NCBI GenBank assembly: GCA_036785375.1
Contig: JAWMAR010000108.1
Location: forward strand, 2,294,001 to 2,358,000
Length of the DNA: 64,000 nucleotides
Direction: 5' to 3'
Source: Leucoraja ocellata
Taxonomy: Eukaryota
The notes under the pieces are model-generated. The model had not been told where the DNA came from and did no database searches. It saw only the letters and a list, made by a program, of their open reading frames with translations. A program made the translations under genes and the position numbers. Shown in pieces: positions 37,981 to 51,881 of the stretch (positions within the stretch are counted from its first letter, which is position 1; each line of letters opens with the position of its first letter).

Positions 37981-39371
37981 GGTCGAAAGTGGTCTCCGCT
38001 TCTTCTATGTTGGGTAAAATTGGGTAAGATATAAATGAAAGCACAATGTCATTATTACCTTCCAAAGTGTATATCGGAGAAAGCTTAAATGCCATTGATC
38101 AATTAATGCTCTTCAGTATTAGGATTGTCCAGACAAGTTATTGTGAAGTGAGATCTTCTGTGGAAAGTACATATACGTTCATTACTATTTTTATGACATT
38201 GATTGGTTATTTTTACTTCGCAGTCAACCACAGAAACCCGATCAGTTAATTTTCCATGATCCAGTCCTATCGATCGTACTGTAAAGTCCTTTGGCCAAAC
38301 AAATCTCCAGCCACAAGAGTGGTAGCACGACAATGCTTAAATCTAGGTCTGTTCCAGTAGCCCCCCTTCAGCTGCTTTTGTTCAGGTGCTTATTAATGGA
38401 AGCAGATATTTAGGCACTCGTAGGAATGAAAATGATTATTTCGGTATAATTCTGGATATTTAAAAAAAAATCTTTCTCCCCGACACTTACCCTGCATTTT
38501 CTGTTTGTTTGAATTGATTTTTATGGTTTAAGTATGTCATATTAAAATTAATAAAGCTCCCCCAGTAGCAAGTTATCAAATGTGCTGTTCCAGACACACA
38601 TGAATGATAAATGAATGAGTGTAATCTTAAATTACTAGCCTAAAGGTGAAACACTTAGCATGGTCCTTTTGCTGCAGTTGTTTATGCGGAAGTACACTGA
38701 TTTTACATTAACTGAGTTGAGTTTAGTTAGTATAATACAAATGTAACTTAATGTCAACAAAATGGGTAAGTGTTTTTCAATTCCTGACCCATGTTGGTCC
38801 ATGTTACTTTGTACCATGCTCCCGTGAATTAGAGTCACGTAACAATACGAGGGATTATTATTAAATAAAGGACAGATGGAGCAAAAGTTTAGTTTTGTCA
38901 TTTATTTTCCACTTTAAGAAACGCTTCCATAGAATTACCTAATTGAAGTTCATACGTGAAATTATTATTTTCATGACGCAAAATTGGTCATTGAAGCATT
39001 TTCAGTCCTTCAGGAGCTGACCGAATTTCCTTTCTATTTTCAGTTTGCCAACATTTTGCATTTCAGAACAGGCTGCAACCTCAGACATGTAGGTTGGATA
39101 TAGCTTATGTTCTCATGTAGTAAATAGGGCCAGAAGTTGGCTGGGTTCCCTCTATCCCCCCCTAAGAACATGCCCGATCAAATTCTTGACCCTAAGCCAG
39201 AACTTTCCTGCCTGATTCTCAGACCACTTGACTCACCTGCTCAGTGTTGAGCTAAAAACAACACTGAGCCACAAAGACCCAGGAATCGCTGTGGTGTAAA
39301 CGTGACCTGTCCTGACATGTGTTGGAGCCATACGTCATTGAATAGATGCCATTTTAGGCTGAGTGACCATT

Positions 39372-40640
39372 CACGATACGATATGATACCATAGAACTTT
39401 TTTTATCCCAGGAGGGAAATTAATCTGCCAACAGTCATAAAAACACAAAATGCATGAAACATGAAATTAAAGTGACGAGTGGAAAGGCTTAGAAACATAG
39501 AAATTAGGTGCAGGAGTAGGCCATTCGGCCCTTCGAGCCTGCACCGCCATTCAATATGATCATGGCTGATCATCCAACTCAGTATCCCGTACCTGCCTTC
39601 TCTCCATACCCCCTGATCCCCTTGGCCACAAGGGCCACATCTAACTCCCTCTTAAATATAGCCAATGAACTGGCCTCAACTACCCTCTGTGGCAGAGAGT
39701 TCCAGAGATTCACCACTCTCTGTGTGAAAAAAGTTCTCCTCATCTCGGTTTTAAAGGATTTCCCCCTTATTCTTAAGCTGTGACCCCTTGGCCTGGACTT
39801 CCCCAACATCGGGAACAATGTTCCTGCATCTAGCCTGTCCAATCCCTTAAGAATTTTGTAAGTTTCTATAAGATCCCCTCTCAATCTCCTAAATTCTAGA
39901 GAGTATAAACCAAGTCTATCCAGTCTTTCTTCATAAGAAAAGTCCTGACATCCCAGGAATCAGTCTGGTGAACCTTCTCTGCACTCCCTCTATGGCAATA
40001 ATGTCCTTCCTCAGATTTGGAGACCAAAACTGTACGCAATACTCCAGGTGTGGTCTCACCTTGGGGGATGTGTGAAGATTTGGGAGGGGGGGCGCGGGGG
40101 GAATCATTCTCAGTCTACCTCACGACAGAAGGGGGAAGAGTTGTAAAGTTTGATAGCTACAGTGAAGAAGGATCTTCCAGGCCGTTCTGTGCTGCATCTT
40201 GGAGGATCCAGTTTGTTGCTGAAGGTGCTCCTCAGGTTGGCCAGTGTGTCGTGGAGGGGGTGAGCTGTATTGTCCAGGATGCTCCGCAGTTTGAGGAGCA
40301 TCCTCCCCTCCAAGACCACCTCCCATGAATCCAACTCCACCCCCAGGACGGAGCCAGCCTTCGTGATGAGTTTGTTAATCCTGTTGGCGTCCGCAGCCTT
40401 CGCCCTGCTGCCCCAGCACACGGCAGCAAAGAAGACGGCACTGGCTACAACCGATTGGTAGAACATCTGCAGCATCTTACTGCAAACGTTGAAGGAGCGG
40501 AGCCTTCACAAAAAGTACAGCCGGCTCTGTCCCTTCTTATACACGGCCTCAGCTTTCCTGGACCAGCCCACTTTACTGTCCAGGTACACTCCAAGGTATT
40601 TGTGTTCCCTGGTAAACTGCACATCCACATACTGAGGCAT
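39372..40640 (-). mobile_element. Rex1/Babar fragment split by a young CR1 (39491-40060)
   Basis: MLQMFYQSVVASAVFFAAVCWG...SFFTVAIKLYN at 40110-40475; its tail lies left of the CR1. Confidence 0.8.
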
Positions 40641-42910
40641 TGCTGCAGGTCAACAGGTCACGAGGAAACACCTTTTTTTTTAAATGCACCTAAAATATTT
40701 TAGAGTGCAAAATAAATGCTGCACAATAAAGAGAATAAAGTATATAAACAAATGTTAATGAAAGACTAGCTATAAATGGGTGTGGAAATTAGATTTTTTT
40801 TCGAGTAAATGACAATCCATAATAAGGTTGAAGCAAGGAATTGCAGATGCTGGATTAGTAAAAAGTCACAAAGTGCTGGAATAACTAAGTGGGTCAGGCA
40901 GCATCTCTGGAGAACAGTCGGGATCTTTTATCAGACATACAAAAACCATTACTTCTATGGTAGTAATATTTTTGAAGCAATAGTCTGAGTTATAAACCAT
41001 TTAAAGCTCACTGATACTTCATGCAATAAAGCTTGTCTTTTTGGGGAATTTTTTAACAATTTCAGTGATTTGTAGAAGCCAAAATGTTCCTCTATTCACT
41101 AAAGTTTGAAGTTTACCTGCAGCCTGTGGTGAAGTAGGAAAACATTGTCTACAGTTTTTACATTTTGATTTGAAATCCATAAATTGCTGACACCATTATT
41201 TCTTATTGTAAGTACCAAACCAAGAACTAGGACACCCAAAAAAAACACAAAGTCCTGGAGTAACTCAGTGGCTCAGGCTGCAGCTCTGGAAGACATGGAT
41301 AAGTGACATTTCTGGTTGGGATCTTTTTTCAGACGCCACAATGTTTTAGAATGCTGTGCTTCTATCTCACAGACCCACTTACAACAAAAAAAAAGAATGC
41401 AAGGATCCTTGCCTTGAAGACTGACTGCACGGAGTTGAAAGGAATTCCTTAAGCAATATTAAAGTACGTTCTTCCAAGATTTAAGCACATATTACTATGT
41501 GGTGCGTTGGAGATTTATTATCCAGTGCATTCTATTCCAATGTATAAAATTGTCTCTACAATTGACCGCACTGTGCCTGCATTGAAAGTGTTTGAAACTG
41601 GCTGAGTGGAAACTAAAAAAATGTGGCATGTTTGCAAATCCAGACTGAGTTATCCTGTTCCATCCTGTTCTTTTTCTGTGACAACATCATTAATCTCACT
41701 GTCTAACAAATCAATAATTCATCCAAGTGAAAACAGAAAGTAATTCGGGGAAGTAAATATTTTTTGATGTTTAACCAAGTGTGTGCACCATTTCAGACCT
41801 GCTTTAAAAAGTGTACATTGTGGTAATTGAAGGACCATTGTTGACAGGTTACAGGTGAGCTCTACATACAAAAGAGAACGTTGTCACTCATACCTGAAAT
41901 TTTACACTTGAAGACCTTTTTTAATATACAGTACCACGAATAGAAATGTTTGCCATCTTATATATTGACTCTGTTGCACTAGTCAATCTCTCTCAATCAT
42001 ATTCCTCCATGGCTCATGTTAACAACATTCTTCTGGCTCAAACATCTCAGAGTAATCCTGCACTAATTTCCCAGCCGACTTCCTTTTGCACCTTTCTGAA
42101 ATTCTATACATTTTCAAATGAATGATATCCTGAAAAACATTTTCAATTCCAATCCTACTTTCTATATTCTGGATCTCCGACCACCCAATGCCTTAGAATT
42201 AGTCATTTTATATATTGTCTTCAGGACCCATAATGGTTTTATATGGTTATATGGTTATAAAATGTATTTCTTTCAGAATGGCTGACGCCTGCTTAAATTG
42301 TACAGTTTAGCTGTGAAGTCAAAGTACCAAAATATAAATGCATTAATGGTTCTAGGGTTAATAATTGAAGAGCCAGTTTCAACATACCAGCTCACTGCTT
42401 AAGATCTCTTGGGATTTAAAAGCGAAAGCTTGATACCACTAACCACTGCTTATATTTTGTCTCGTGCCCTACTTTTTCAGCATTGGTATTGTCTTGAATT
42501 ATTAACCCTGGCTCTTCACTGCACTTCCTCCAAAAAAAAACAAAGATGAATTTGATTTACTTCCATTGGTAGCACACCCCAAGTTGGTAACAGTTAATGC
42601 AGAACCTGAAAAAAAAAGCTGGAAGCCTAGTTGGCCTACTTTGTAAAGATGTCAAAGGCATGCAGAGGGTAAAGAAAAAACATGTGCTCAGGCAATTACC
42701 AACATTCTCACCACATCCTCATCAGCTTTATTGGTCGACAGAAGAAAGTCTCTTCACATATGCATTTATTTGTCCCTCTTCAAGTACTTTTCCGTTTATT
42801 TTTTGTTACCCCTTGGTTGAAGTCCTTTTCAGACAATGGATTCCATACTGAGGTGCCTGGGAATTTGTAAACTAGGAAATATACTCACATACTCCAGAGC
42901 TCAGTACATT

Positions 42911-43210
42911 ATAGAAACATAGAAACATAGAAAATAGGTGCTGGAGTAGGCCATTCGGCCCTTCGAGCCTGCACCGCCATTCAATATGATCATGGCTGAT
43001 CATCCAACAGTATTCTGTGCCTGCCTTCTGTCCATACCCTCCGATCCCTTTAGCCACAAGGGCCACATCTAACTCCCTCTTAAATATAGCCAATGAACTG
43101 GCCTCAACTACCTTCTGTGGCAAAGAATTCCGCAGATTCACCACTCTGTGTGTGAAAAATGTTTTTCTCATCTCGGTCCTAAAGGATTTCTCCTCTATCC
43201 TTAGACTGCT
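42911..43210 (-). mobile_element. Young CR1 3' fragment
   Basis: SLRIEEKSFRTEMRK...; TTCTATGT tail. Confidence 0.9.
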
Positions 43211-43478
43211 TATTGTTTCAAGGGGCATCCAAACGGATTCAACAGGCCTCCACAGAAGATAATTGGTACAACTAAGTGCAGTAGATCGCATGACCCTGTC
43301 AAGTTAAACAACTTTAAAACTCAATCATCTTTTAACAACTGATGCTAAATGCACTGCATAGCTCACAACCTGCTGGAGTAACTCAACAGGTCAGCCAGAC
43401 AGCATCTCCAGAGGACATGGATAGACGGCATTTTGAGTTGGGACCCTTCTTCAAACAGTGCACAGATCAATACATTGA

Positions 43479-44400
43479 ACACAATAAGCTGGAGTAACAC
43501 AGCGGGTCAGGCAGCATCTCTGGAGAAAAGGAATAGGTGACGTTTCGGGTCGAGACCCTTCTTCAGACTGAGAGTTCGGGGAAAGGGAAACAAGAGATAT
43601 ACACGGTGATATAGTGAGATATAGAACAAATGAATGAAAGATATGCTAAAGTAACGATAACCATATAACCATATAACCATATAACAATTACAGCACGGAA
43701 ACAGGCCATCTCGACCCTTCTAGTCTGTGCCGAACACATAATCTCCCCTAGTCCCATATACCTGCGCTCAGACCATAACCCTCCATTTCCTTCCCATCCA
43801 TATAACTATCCAATTTATTTTTAAATGATAAAAACGAACCTGCCTCCACCACCTTCACTGGAAGCTCATTCCACACAGCTACCACTCTCTGAGTAAAGAA
43901 GTTCCCCCTCATGTTACCCCTAAACTTCAGTCCCTTAATTCTCATGTCATGTCCCCTTGTTTGAATCTTCCCTACTCTCAGTGGGAAAAGCTTTTCCACG
44001 TCAACTCTGTCTATCCCTCTCATCATTTTAAAAACCTCTATCAAGTCCCCCCTTAACCTTCTGCGCTCCAAAGAATAAAGCCCTAACTTGTTCAACCTTT
44101 CTCTGTAACTTAGTTGCTGAAACCCAGGCAACATTCTAGTAAATCTCCTCTGCACTCTCTCTATTTTGTTGACATCCTTCCTATAATTAGGCGACCAAAA
44201 TTGTACACCATACTCCAGAATTGGCCTCACCAATGCCTTGTACAATTTTAACATTACATCCCAACTTCTATACTTAATGCTCTGATTTATAAAGGCCAGC
44301 ACACCAAAAGCTTTCTTTACCATGATGATAAAGGATGTTGGCCATTGTTAGCTGTGTTCCAGGTGAAAACAAGTACAGACAATGAGACTCAACCAGACGA
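43479..44400 (-). mobile_element. Penelope pLTR with intact hammerhead core, split by CR1 subfamily 2 (43660-44323)
   Basis: Core at 43539-43566; ACATTGA at both flanks; CR1 ORF2 segment of 191 aa with ATATGGTT tail. Confidence 0.75.
43536..43570 (-). ncRNA. Minimal type-I hammerhead ribozyme motif
   Basis: Minus strand reads AGU CUGAAGA A GGGU CUCG ACCC GAAA CG UC ACC; palindromic ACGU stem III and GUC cleavage triplet. Confidence 0.7.
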
Positions 44401-44568
44401 CATTGATGCTTCTACAAAATGTTATTTATTTCTCCATTAAATTTTATCTGCATATTATCCACATAATCCTCCACATAGGTATTGTGATCATTGTACCTGC
44501 CTCAACCTAATTATTCGTCCAACAACAAAATAGTCTATACCAACCATCAACAAGTCTTGGGATGACAA

Positions 44569-44872
44569 GGGTGGCACGGTGGCGCAGCGGTTTAGTTGCT
44601 GCTTTACAGCGCCAGAGACTCAGGTTCGACCCTGACTATGGCTGCTGTCTGTATGGAGTTTGCACGTTCTCCCTGTGATCGCGTGAGTTTTCTCCGGGTG
44701 CTCCGGTCTCCTCCCATACACCAAAGATGTAAGGTTTGTAGGTTAATTGGCTTCCGAAAAGTGTCTCTACAGTGTAGGATAGAACTAGTGTACAGGGTGA
44801 TTGTTGGTCCGTGTGGACCTGGTGGGCCGAAGGGCCTGTTTCCCTGCTGAATCTCTAAACTACACTAAGCTA
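44569..44872 (+). mobile_element. HE1-like SINE, full length
   Basis: A-box-like tggcgcagcgg, B-box-like ggttcgaccc, V-type core, tail. Confidence 0.88.
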
Positions 44873-45714
44873 ATGTTTGTGCAGCCAAAGTGTTAGATCA
44901 TGATCATATCAGCAAAAATAAATCCCGTGCATTTTTTAATGTTACCATTGGTGAATGACCCACAGAATTAGTGGGAAGGATAATGGAAGGAGCAAACTTG
45001 GTGTCTTCAATCAATACTTCAATAAATGGTTTGCCAATATTCACAGCCAGATCCACAGCTCCAGCCCCAACCATTGCCAGTCATCATGCCTGATGGTTCA
45101 TATCAGTTAATCTCAAATTAAATTTCTCAATCTCGTTACCATAACATGTAATGATCAATGGCAGATGCTCAAGGCTGCACTGATCTCTTCATCTGATTTA
45201 TAAAATATATTATCAATCCAAGGTTTCCTTTTCATTTTCTCCTCATTACATTCCCTCTCTGTGACCTAACTTTCCAGCTAAGAGGCAGGCAAGCTCCCAG
45301 TTCAAAAGTAAATGACAATTGAGATTATGGGGAAGATTCTCCATAATCTCTCCTCTCCAATTTTATTCACACACCTTGTGGAGTTCTCAGTTGGACATTT
45401 CTCGCTGTTGAATGTTACCTTCTGCCTGTAACTTGGATTTATGGACAAGCATTTAGGGACCAATCTGTCAACTCACATACACGGTAATAAAGACCATTTA
45501 ATGCGCCGTGTATACAATTATATGTATGCCTACATTTATTGGTCATGTATTGATTGTAAATAATGGCTCCGGCAGTAGCTACGCCAGACAATCTCTCTTT
45601 ATGTGTGAAATTACAAGCTGCCCATTCATTAACTGAATTTTAGTTGAAAATCTTTCCCATTTATTATCCTCCGGAGATAAATAAAATGAGTGTGTTGTTA
45701 ATTTCTACTTTAGG

Positions 45715-46300
45715 TTAACACAGTGGCACAGCTGGCAGAGTTGCTACCTCACAACTCCAGTGGACCAGTCCTTAGCTGCTGTCTATGTGGAGTTTGCACG
45801 TTTTCCCAGTGAATGCAAGGGTTTCCTCTGGGCGCTCCGGTTTCATAGAAACATAGAAACATAGTAAATAGGTGCAGGAGTAGGCCATTCGGCCCTTCGA
45901 GCCTGCACCGCCATTCAATATGATCATGGCTGATCATCCAACTCAGTATCCTGTACCTGCCTTCTCTCCATACCCCCTGATCCCCTTAGCCAGAAGGGCC
46001 ACATCTAACTCCCTCTTAAATACAGCCAATGAACTGGCCTCAACTACCTTCTGTGGCAGAGAATTCCAGATATTCACCACTCTCTGTGTGAAAAAATGTT
46101 TTTCTCATCTCGGTTTCAATACACATCCAAAGATGTGTGGGTTTGTATGTTAATTGGACTGTAAATTTACCTCTAATGTGCACTTAGTGGATAATAAAAT
46201 GGTAACACATAGAACTAGTGTGATCGGGTGATCGATGGTTGGCCTGGACGTGGTAGGCCAAAGGGCTTATTTCCATGATGTATATTTCAACCAAACTAAA
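45715..46300 (+). mobile_element. HE1-like SINE with antisense CR1 insert (45845-46112)
   Basis: CGGTTTC at 45838-44 and 46111-17. Confidence 0.85.
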
Positions 46301-46593
46301 TTAAATAATTTTATTTATTAAAATTAACTAGTAACCAAAAGCATGCTGGTTGCATTGTATTGACACTTACAAACTTGTGTTCACAAACTACATTTAAATC
46401 TCTGAAGACGATTCTACTGATGGATGTTTCTATCAGTGCCAGCAATATTCTGGTACATAGCTGATCGTTTTTCATGAATGACCCAGGATGGTGCATACCA
46501 AAGATCTTTGATCTTTGGTGCATACTAAATAACAGCAAGACATTTCACAGAGAGGTGGAGCATTTCAAGTATGTCAACTATGTCCAAACACAA

Positions 46594-46682
46594 AAGATAG
46601 ACACACAGTGCTGGAGTGACTCAGTGGGTCAGGCAGCCTATCTTTGGTAAAAACCAACATCTGCAGTTCTTTGTTTCTACAT
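46594..46682. mobile_element. Short two-armed Penelope-derived unit, 15-bp TSD
   Basis: TATGTCCAAA(C/T)ACAA at 46579-93 and 46683-97. Confidence 0.7.
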
Positions 46683-47159
46683 TATGTCCAAATACAACCT
46701 TGCCCAACGTCTGTAAATGCACTTATCCTAAAGGGATGTCACTGTCACTGATTGAGGCAATATATATATATATATATATGTTACATATATAATTATTGTA
46801 AATGTAAACACAAAGGAATTGGTTTAAATTCATATAATTTAAAGGAAAGATTTACCAATCTGGAGTGAGCAAGTTGTGTTTGAAGGAAGGTTGGACAGTC
46901 TAGGCTTGTATCTACTGGAGTTAAAAGAACAGTGAGTAGTGATTTAATTTAAACATACACGTTCCTGAGGGTTCTTGACAGGGTGGATGTGAAGTGGTAG
47001 CTTCTTTTTCTGAGAGAATCTAGAATTCAAGAGGTCACTGTTTAAAAACAAGGAATCGCCCATTTAAATGGAGGTTTAGGACCCCTCTACCTCAGGGGAT
47101 TGTGCTCTTTGGCACTTCCGCAAAGCGTGGTGGAAGCGGAGTCTGTGAATCTTTCTAAG

Positions 47160-47450
47160 GAGGGCAGCATGATGGCGCAGCGGTGTTGCTGATAACAGCG
47201 CCAGAGACCCTGGTTCGATGTGGACTATTAGTGCTGTCTGTACGGAATTTGTACATTCTCCCTGTGACCGTGTAATTTTTCTCCAGAAAGCTCCAGTTTC
47301 CTTCCACACTTCAGCTTTGTATGTTAATTAGCTAAGTATAATTGGAAATTGTCCCTAGTGTGTAGGATAGCGTTAGTGTGCGGGGATCGCTGGTCGGCGC
47401 AGACTCAGTGGGCCGAAGGGCCTGTTTCCGCGCTGTATCTCTAAACTAAC
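47160..47450 (+). mobile_element. HE1-like SINE within an old CR1 remnant
   Basis: Head, core and tail present. Confidence 0.85.
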
Positions 47451-47827
47451 AGACTGAGAGGCAGAGAGCCCAGGTGTCAAGAGTTCATGGGAAGAAGGCA
47501 GGAGAATGGGGTTAGGAGGGAGAGATAGATCAGCCATGATTGAATGGCAGAGTAGACTTGATGGGCCAAATGGCCTAATTCTACTCCTATTCCATATGAC
47601 CTTATGAGAGATACTTGATGAACAAGAAGGTGACAGGTTACCATGAGTAGGTGGGAATGCAGAGTTAAGTCACAAACACATCAACCAGATTGGTGGAGCA
47701 GGTTACAGAGTGACTTATCTTACTCCTATATTGTATATTTGTGTATTTATTCCAATTTATTTGTTTTAATTTAAAATTTTCATTGATACGTATTAGACTG
47801 GAAAATGTTGGAAAATGATTACGTTTC

Positions 47828-48027
47828 TGTAATGAGTCAAACACATATCAAGATACACCACATGTTTATTAGATCCACTTACAGCATCGATCTGCAGGAC
47901 ATTACAGTTCACAGCAGCTACTCATACTGAATGGTGCAGGCAAGCACTTGTTAATATATAACGCATATTAGGCAGAGCCACTACTAACAAGCACTACAAT
48001 TGGCTAGTAGGAAATAACCAATCTACA
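47828..48027 (-). repeat. 3' LTR
   Basis: TG..CA termini; aligns end to end with 51882-52086. Confidence 0.92.
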
Positions 48028-48059
48028 TCTTTCCTTGTTGAAACAAACGAAAGCAACGG

Positions 48060-50934
48060 TACCTAGGAACATGGATAAGTGATATAGGTGGTGGAACGTT
48101 AATAACGCATATGGGGGAGTTTGTATAGTTACACCAAATCACCGTATCTAATGGGTGGTCTACTAACCCTCCGGCGCGTGTCCGGTACGAATCCACCTCA
48201 CCTCCCTTCACCGGAGAAGATACCGGGGAGAGAATGGGGCAAATGACCGGGGGCCCGACGGGGCGGGGAGGTGGTGAGATAGGCGAGCTAGGCGCCAAAC
48301 GCCGCGGGGAGGCCGCGGTGGAAACGGTCGCTGATAGTGAAGCAGCAGGACCGGGAGTGGGAGGGTTAACAAAACACGTGACATCTGTCGTTGGGCTGGG
48401 GATCCCTTGCAATGTTCCTTAAGTTGAGCAGGTCCAGGTGTACGTCCGATTTTGCAAGGTGAGACCGCTCCATTAGTTGTTTTGCGCTTCGGAACAGCGC
48501 GTTCGGCGAGTCCGTTGGACTGCGGGAACACAGGGCTGCTGGTAATATGTCGGAAGTCCCCAAAGTTTTTGAAAGACTGGCTGGTGAACTGTCTGCTGTT
48601 GTCAGACAGAAGACGTGCAGGGGAGCCGTGCCGATTGTTAACTTCTCGATGACCGCTTCAGAAGTAATGGTTTGGAGTAAGTCGATGTCCAACCAACCCG
48701 ATTAAGAGTCAACAAGAACCAGATATTGTTTCCCATGCCATTCGAATGTCAGTAGATAATGTGGACCACGGGAGAGGAGGTGAGGCAGTAAAGGCTGCTT
48801 CTGCTGATGTGGTGTCAGGCTTTTGCAGACGGCACAAACTTTGTTTTTTTCGTGTATGTATTTGGTCAAACCAGGTCAGTAAAACATGCTTTGTGCCCAT
48901 TGTAAGGTTGCCTCCACGCCAGGGTGGCCCCTGTGGACGGTGTCGACGTACTTGTCCCGGAGGACAGCTGGGACAACTGCCTTGCGGCCCTTGACTATAA
49001 TCCCATCCTGTAACACCAGTTCGTCACGAACCAGGAAGTATGGGTGGATTGCGAGCGGGGTGCTGCGGTGTTTATCCCGTCAGCCACACCGGATGTCTGC
49101 GGACAGCAATTGTAAAGTCTCATCAGCAGCCGTATGCTCTGCCGGGCTGCTTAGGCAATCAGTAGGAGCATATGATACCTTCATTACTGAGAACTGGTCC
49201 TGTTCAGAGAGTTGGTGTTCGTTGGTTTTGCGTGGGGCCCTTGATAGCGTGTCAGCTATGTGCATGTCCTTGCCTTCCTTATAGACCATGTTGAAATCAA
49301 ATCGCGGCAGCCGCATCTGCATTCGTTGTAGACGGGGCTGGGGCAGTGTGGATGGGTTTGTTCAAAATAGTGACCAACGGCCACTTTCTATAGTCACAGA
49401 CTTCCCAAAAATAAAGTCTTTGAATATCGTGCAGGCAAAAACCACTGCGAGCAATTATTTTTCGATCTGAGCGTAACGTTGTTCAGTGTCAGTTAGTGTG
49501 TGAGAGGCATATGAAACAAGCTTGCAGTCGCCATCAGTAGTGGTCTGCGGGCAAGCAGCGCCTAGTCCGTACTGGGACGCATCGCTAGTGAACGTTACTG
49601 GTAACTCCAAAGAAATGTAGACGAGAGTAGGTGCCCTAGCCAGCTGCAATTTGAGAGTGTCAAAAGCTCTTTGGTGCTGCGGATACGAGGACTATGCAGC
49701 GTCCTTGTGTGTCAGTTCTCGCAGGGGGGCAGGTATGTCGCTCAGGTTGGGAATAAATTTCCCCAGGTAGTTACCATTACAAGGAACCTTCGTAGACTCG
49801 CAACGTCAGTAGGAACCAGCATTTCGCTGCAGTTTTTGATGGGTCTGGTCTGAGACCATCACTTGTGAAAATCTGCCCGATGTAAGTAACTTCTGGGACT
49901 CGAAACTTGCACTTCAGGGGATTGAGTTTGAGCTGAATGTCTTTGGCACGGTCTAGTACTTTCTTCAGATTGGCGTCGTGCTCAGCCAAGTCATGCCTGT
50001 AGATGAGAATGTCATCAACAATGATGGCGAATGGATACTCAGCAAACAATTGTTCCATCGTGCGCTGGAAAACTTCACTGGTGGAGTTGATGCCAAAGGG
50101 CATTCTCAGAAATTTGTATAGGCCAAAGGGGGTGCCGAACGTAGTAAGATTGGACGAGCCTGGGTCCAGTGGAATCTGCCAAAACGAGCTTTTGGAATCC
50201 AGAACAGAGAATACTGATGGGTTGCCTATTTGAGCAGCAACTTCCTCAACTGTTCGCATAGGGTAGTGCGGGCGTTTGATAGCAGTGTTAAGATCTCTCG
50301 GGTTTATGCAGATATGGATCTCCTCCTTGTTTTTCTTTGTTGCGACCACCATGGTGGAAACCCAGTCAGATGAGTCTGTAACTTCAGCAATGACACCCAT
50401 GGAGACCATCGGATCGACAACAATGTGGTATTTGAGGGGCAACTTGCCAAGCTCGTCCTTAAACAAATCGTTGTATTGAGAGAGTACTTGTTGAGTGGGC
50501 CAGTCAGCGAGAAAGAGTTGATGGACTACGCGGCCAAAGCATACCAGGCCTAGATCGTGGCATGCATTGATACCGAGAAAAGTCTCTGAATCCCCCTTGA
50601 CAATATAAAACTTTAAGGTATCGGGTTGCTCATTTATGGTGCACTTTAAATTTGTTTGCCCTAGTGGGTGTAAAACATCGCCCCCATAGGCCTGAAGCAT
50701 GGTCGAGGCCTTTTCAATACGTTCAGCATTATGAATTTTTTTCAACTCTGGTAACGAGATGACGTCGCATTTTGCCCCCGTATCAACCTTAGCGATCAAA
50801 GGCCTGTTATTCACAAACATGGGTACCTCAGGGTCGAGTTGCTCATTAGACGAAGGGAGGAGAGAATGAATGGCAGAGCTGGTATCTGTACTTTCTGAGA
50901 GTGGAGTGGTAATGGCAAGCCAGGCTCTAAGCAT
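48060..50934 (-). pseudogene. pol: Gypsy pol remnant (protease, RT, RNase H, integrase)
   Basis: VDTGAKCDV (protease); LDSKSSFWQI, MPFGI, IVDDILI (RT); SDASQYGLGA, YAQIEK (RNase H); PQSNGLAERAV (integrase); multiple frameshifts. Confidence 0.9.
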
Positions 50935-50989
50935 TCGTTATCAGCAAGTTCATGTTGTAACAGGTGCAGGCTCGTCCTTGGAGCAGGCT

Positions 50990-51794
50990 GAGTCTCACGG
51001 GAACGGCAGCATCTAGCAAAGTGGTTTAATTTATTGCAGAAATTACAGTTTTTACCATAAGCAACACAGAACTGCCGACCCGTAGCATGAAAATAGTTGC
51101 AATTTTGACATCGAACAGACCCTCTCCAGGCTGCCAGGCAGGAGAGGGCTGGGAATGGGTGTTACGAGAGGAGGTGTCTGTAATATTGACACTATACTGT
51201 GAACGGTGACCGGAGGGCACAGACTCAGTGTGCGAAGAGGTTATCTCAGCAATCCGACAGGCATGCTCTGCTTGATTAAGGGTTAGGTCAGTATGACGAT
51301 GAAGTTCACTCCTTAACTTGCTATCAAGCATACCTCCAACACGCTTGTCACGGATGAGTTTATCGCACAGATCACGAAACTGACAGCGTGCAGCCATGTG
51401 TTTCAAGCCGCTAATAAAAACGTTTGATCGGTTCATCAATCTGTTGCATATAAGCATAAAACTTGGTACGTTCAATAATGTAGTTCGAGGGCTGGTCGCA
51501 CAACTGCCCTCAAACTTTGCAAGCAAAACGGCAGGATCATCAATCGTCTCTGCAGGCACTAGGACCTGTCCATTAGCATCCAAAACGGCAGGCTCAAATG
51601 TAACATTGTCGGCACGATTCATTACCTCAGGTCCCACTAGGTTGAGCAATACAAAACCACGCACATCGGGGGGGGGGGTCGTTGCGATGAACGACGCAAA
51701 CATAGTGAGTGTAGTCACGCTCGAAAAGATGCCAGCGTTCAGCAATGTCAGAGTCAAAGATCAGAGGACTAGGACGGCGAGATGAATTTGCCAT
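50990..51794 (-). pseudogene. gag: Gypsy gag remnant
   Basis: LIRDKRVGGM motif; after a frameshift, a double zinc knuckle CQNCNYFH...C and CNFCNKLNHFARCC. Confidence 0.85.
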
Positions 51795-51881
51795 GATAGA
51801 GATAACTGGCACATAAACTAATTAAAAAAACAAAACCCGATCAACGTGAACGGAGTAGTTAAGACTCACTCTCTGACACCA

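Noticed and set aside
47823-47827. Gypsy TSD GTTTC equals the CR1 hotspot motif
   Set aside because: Different integration enzymes and a single case; treated as coincidence.
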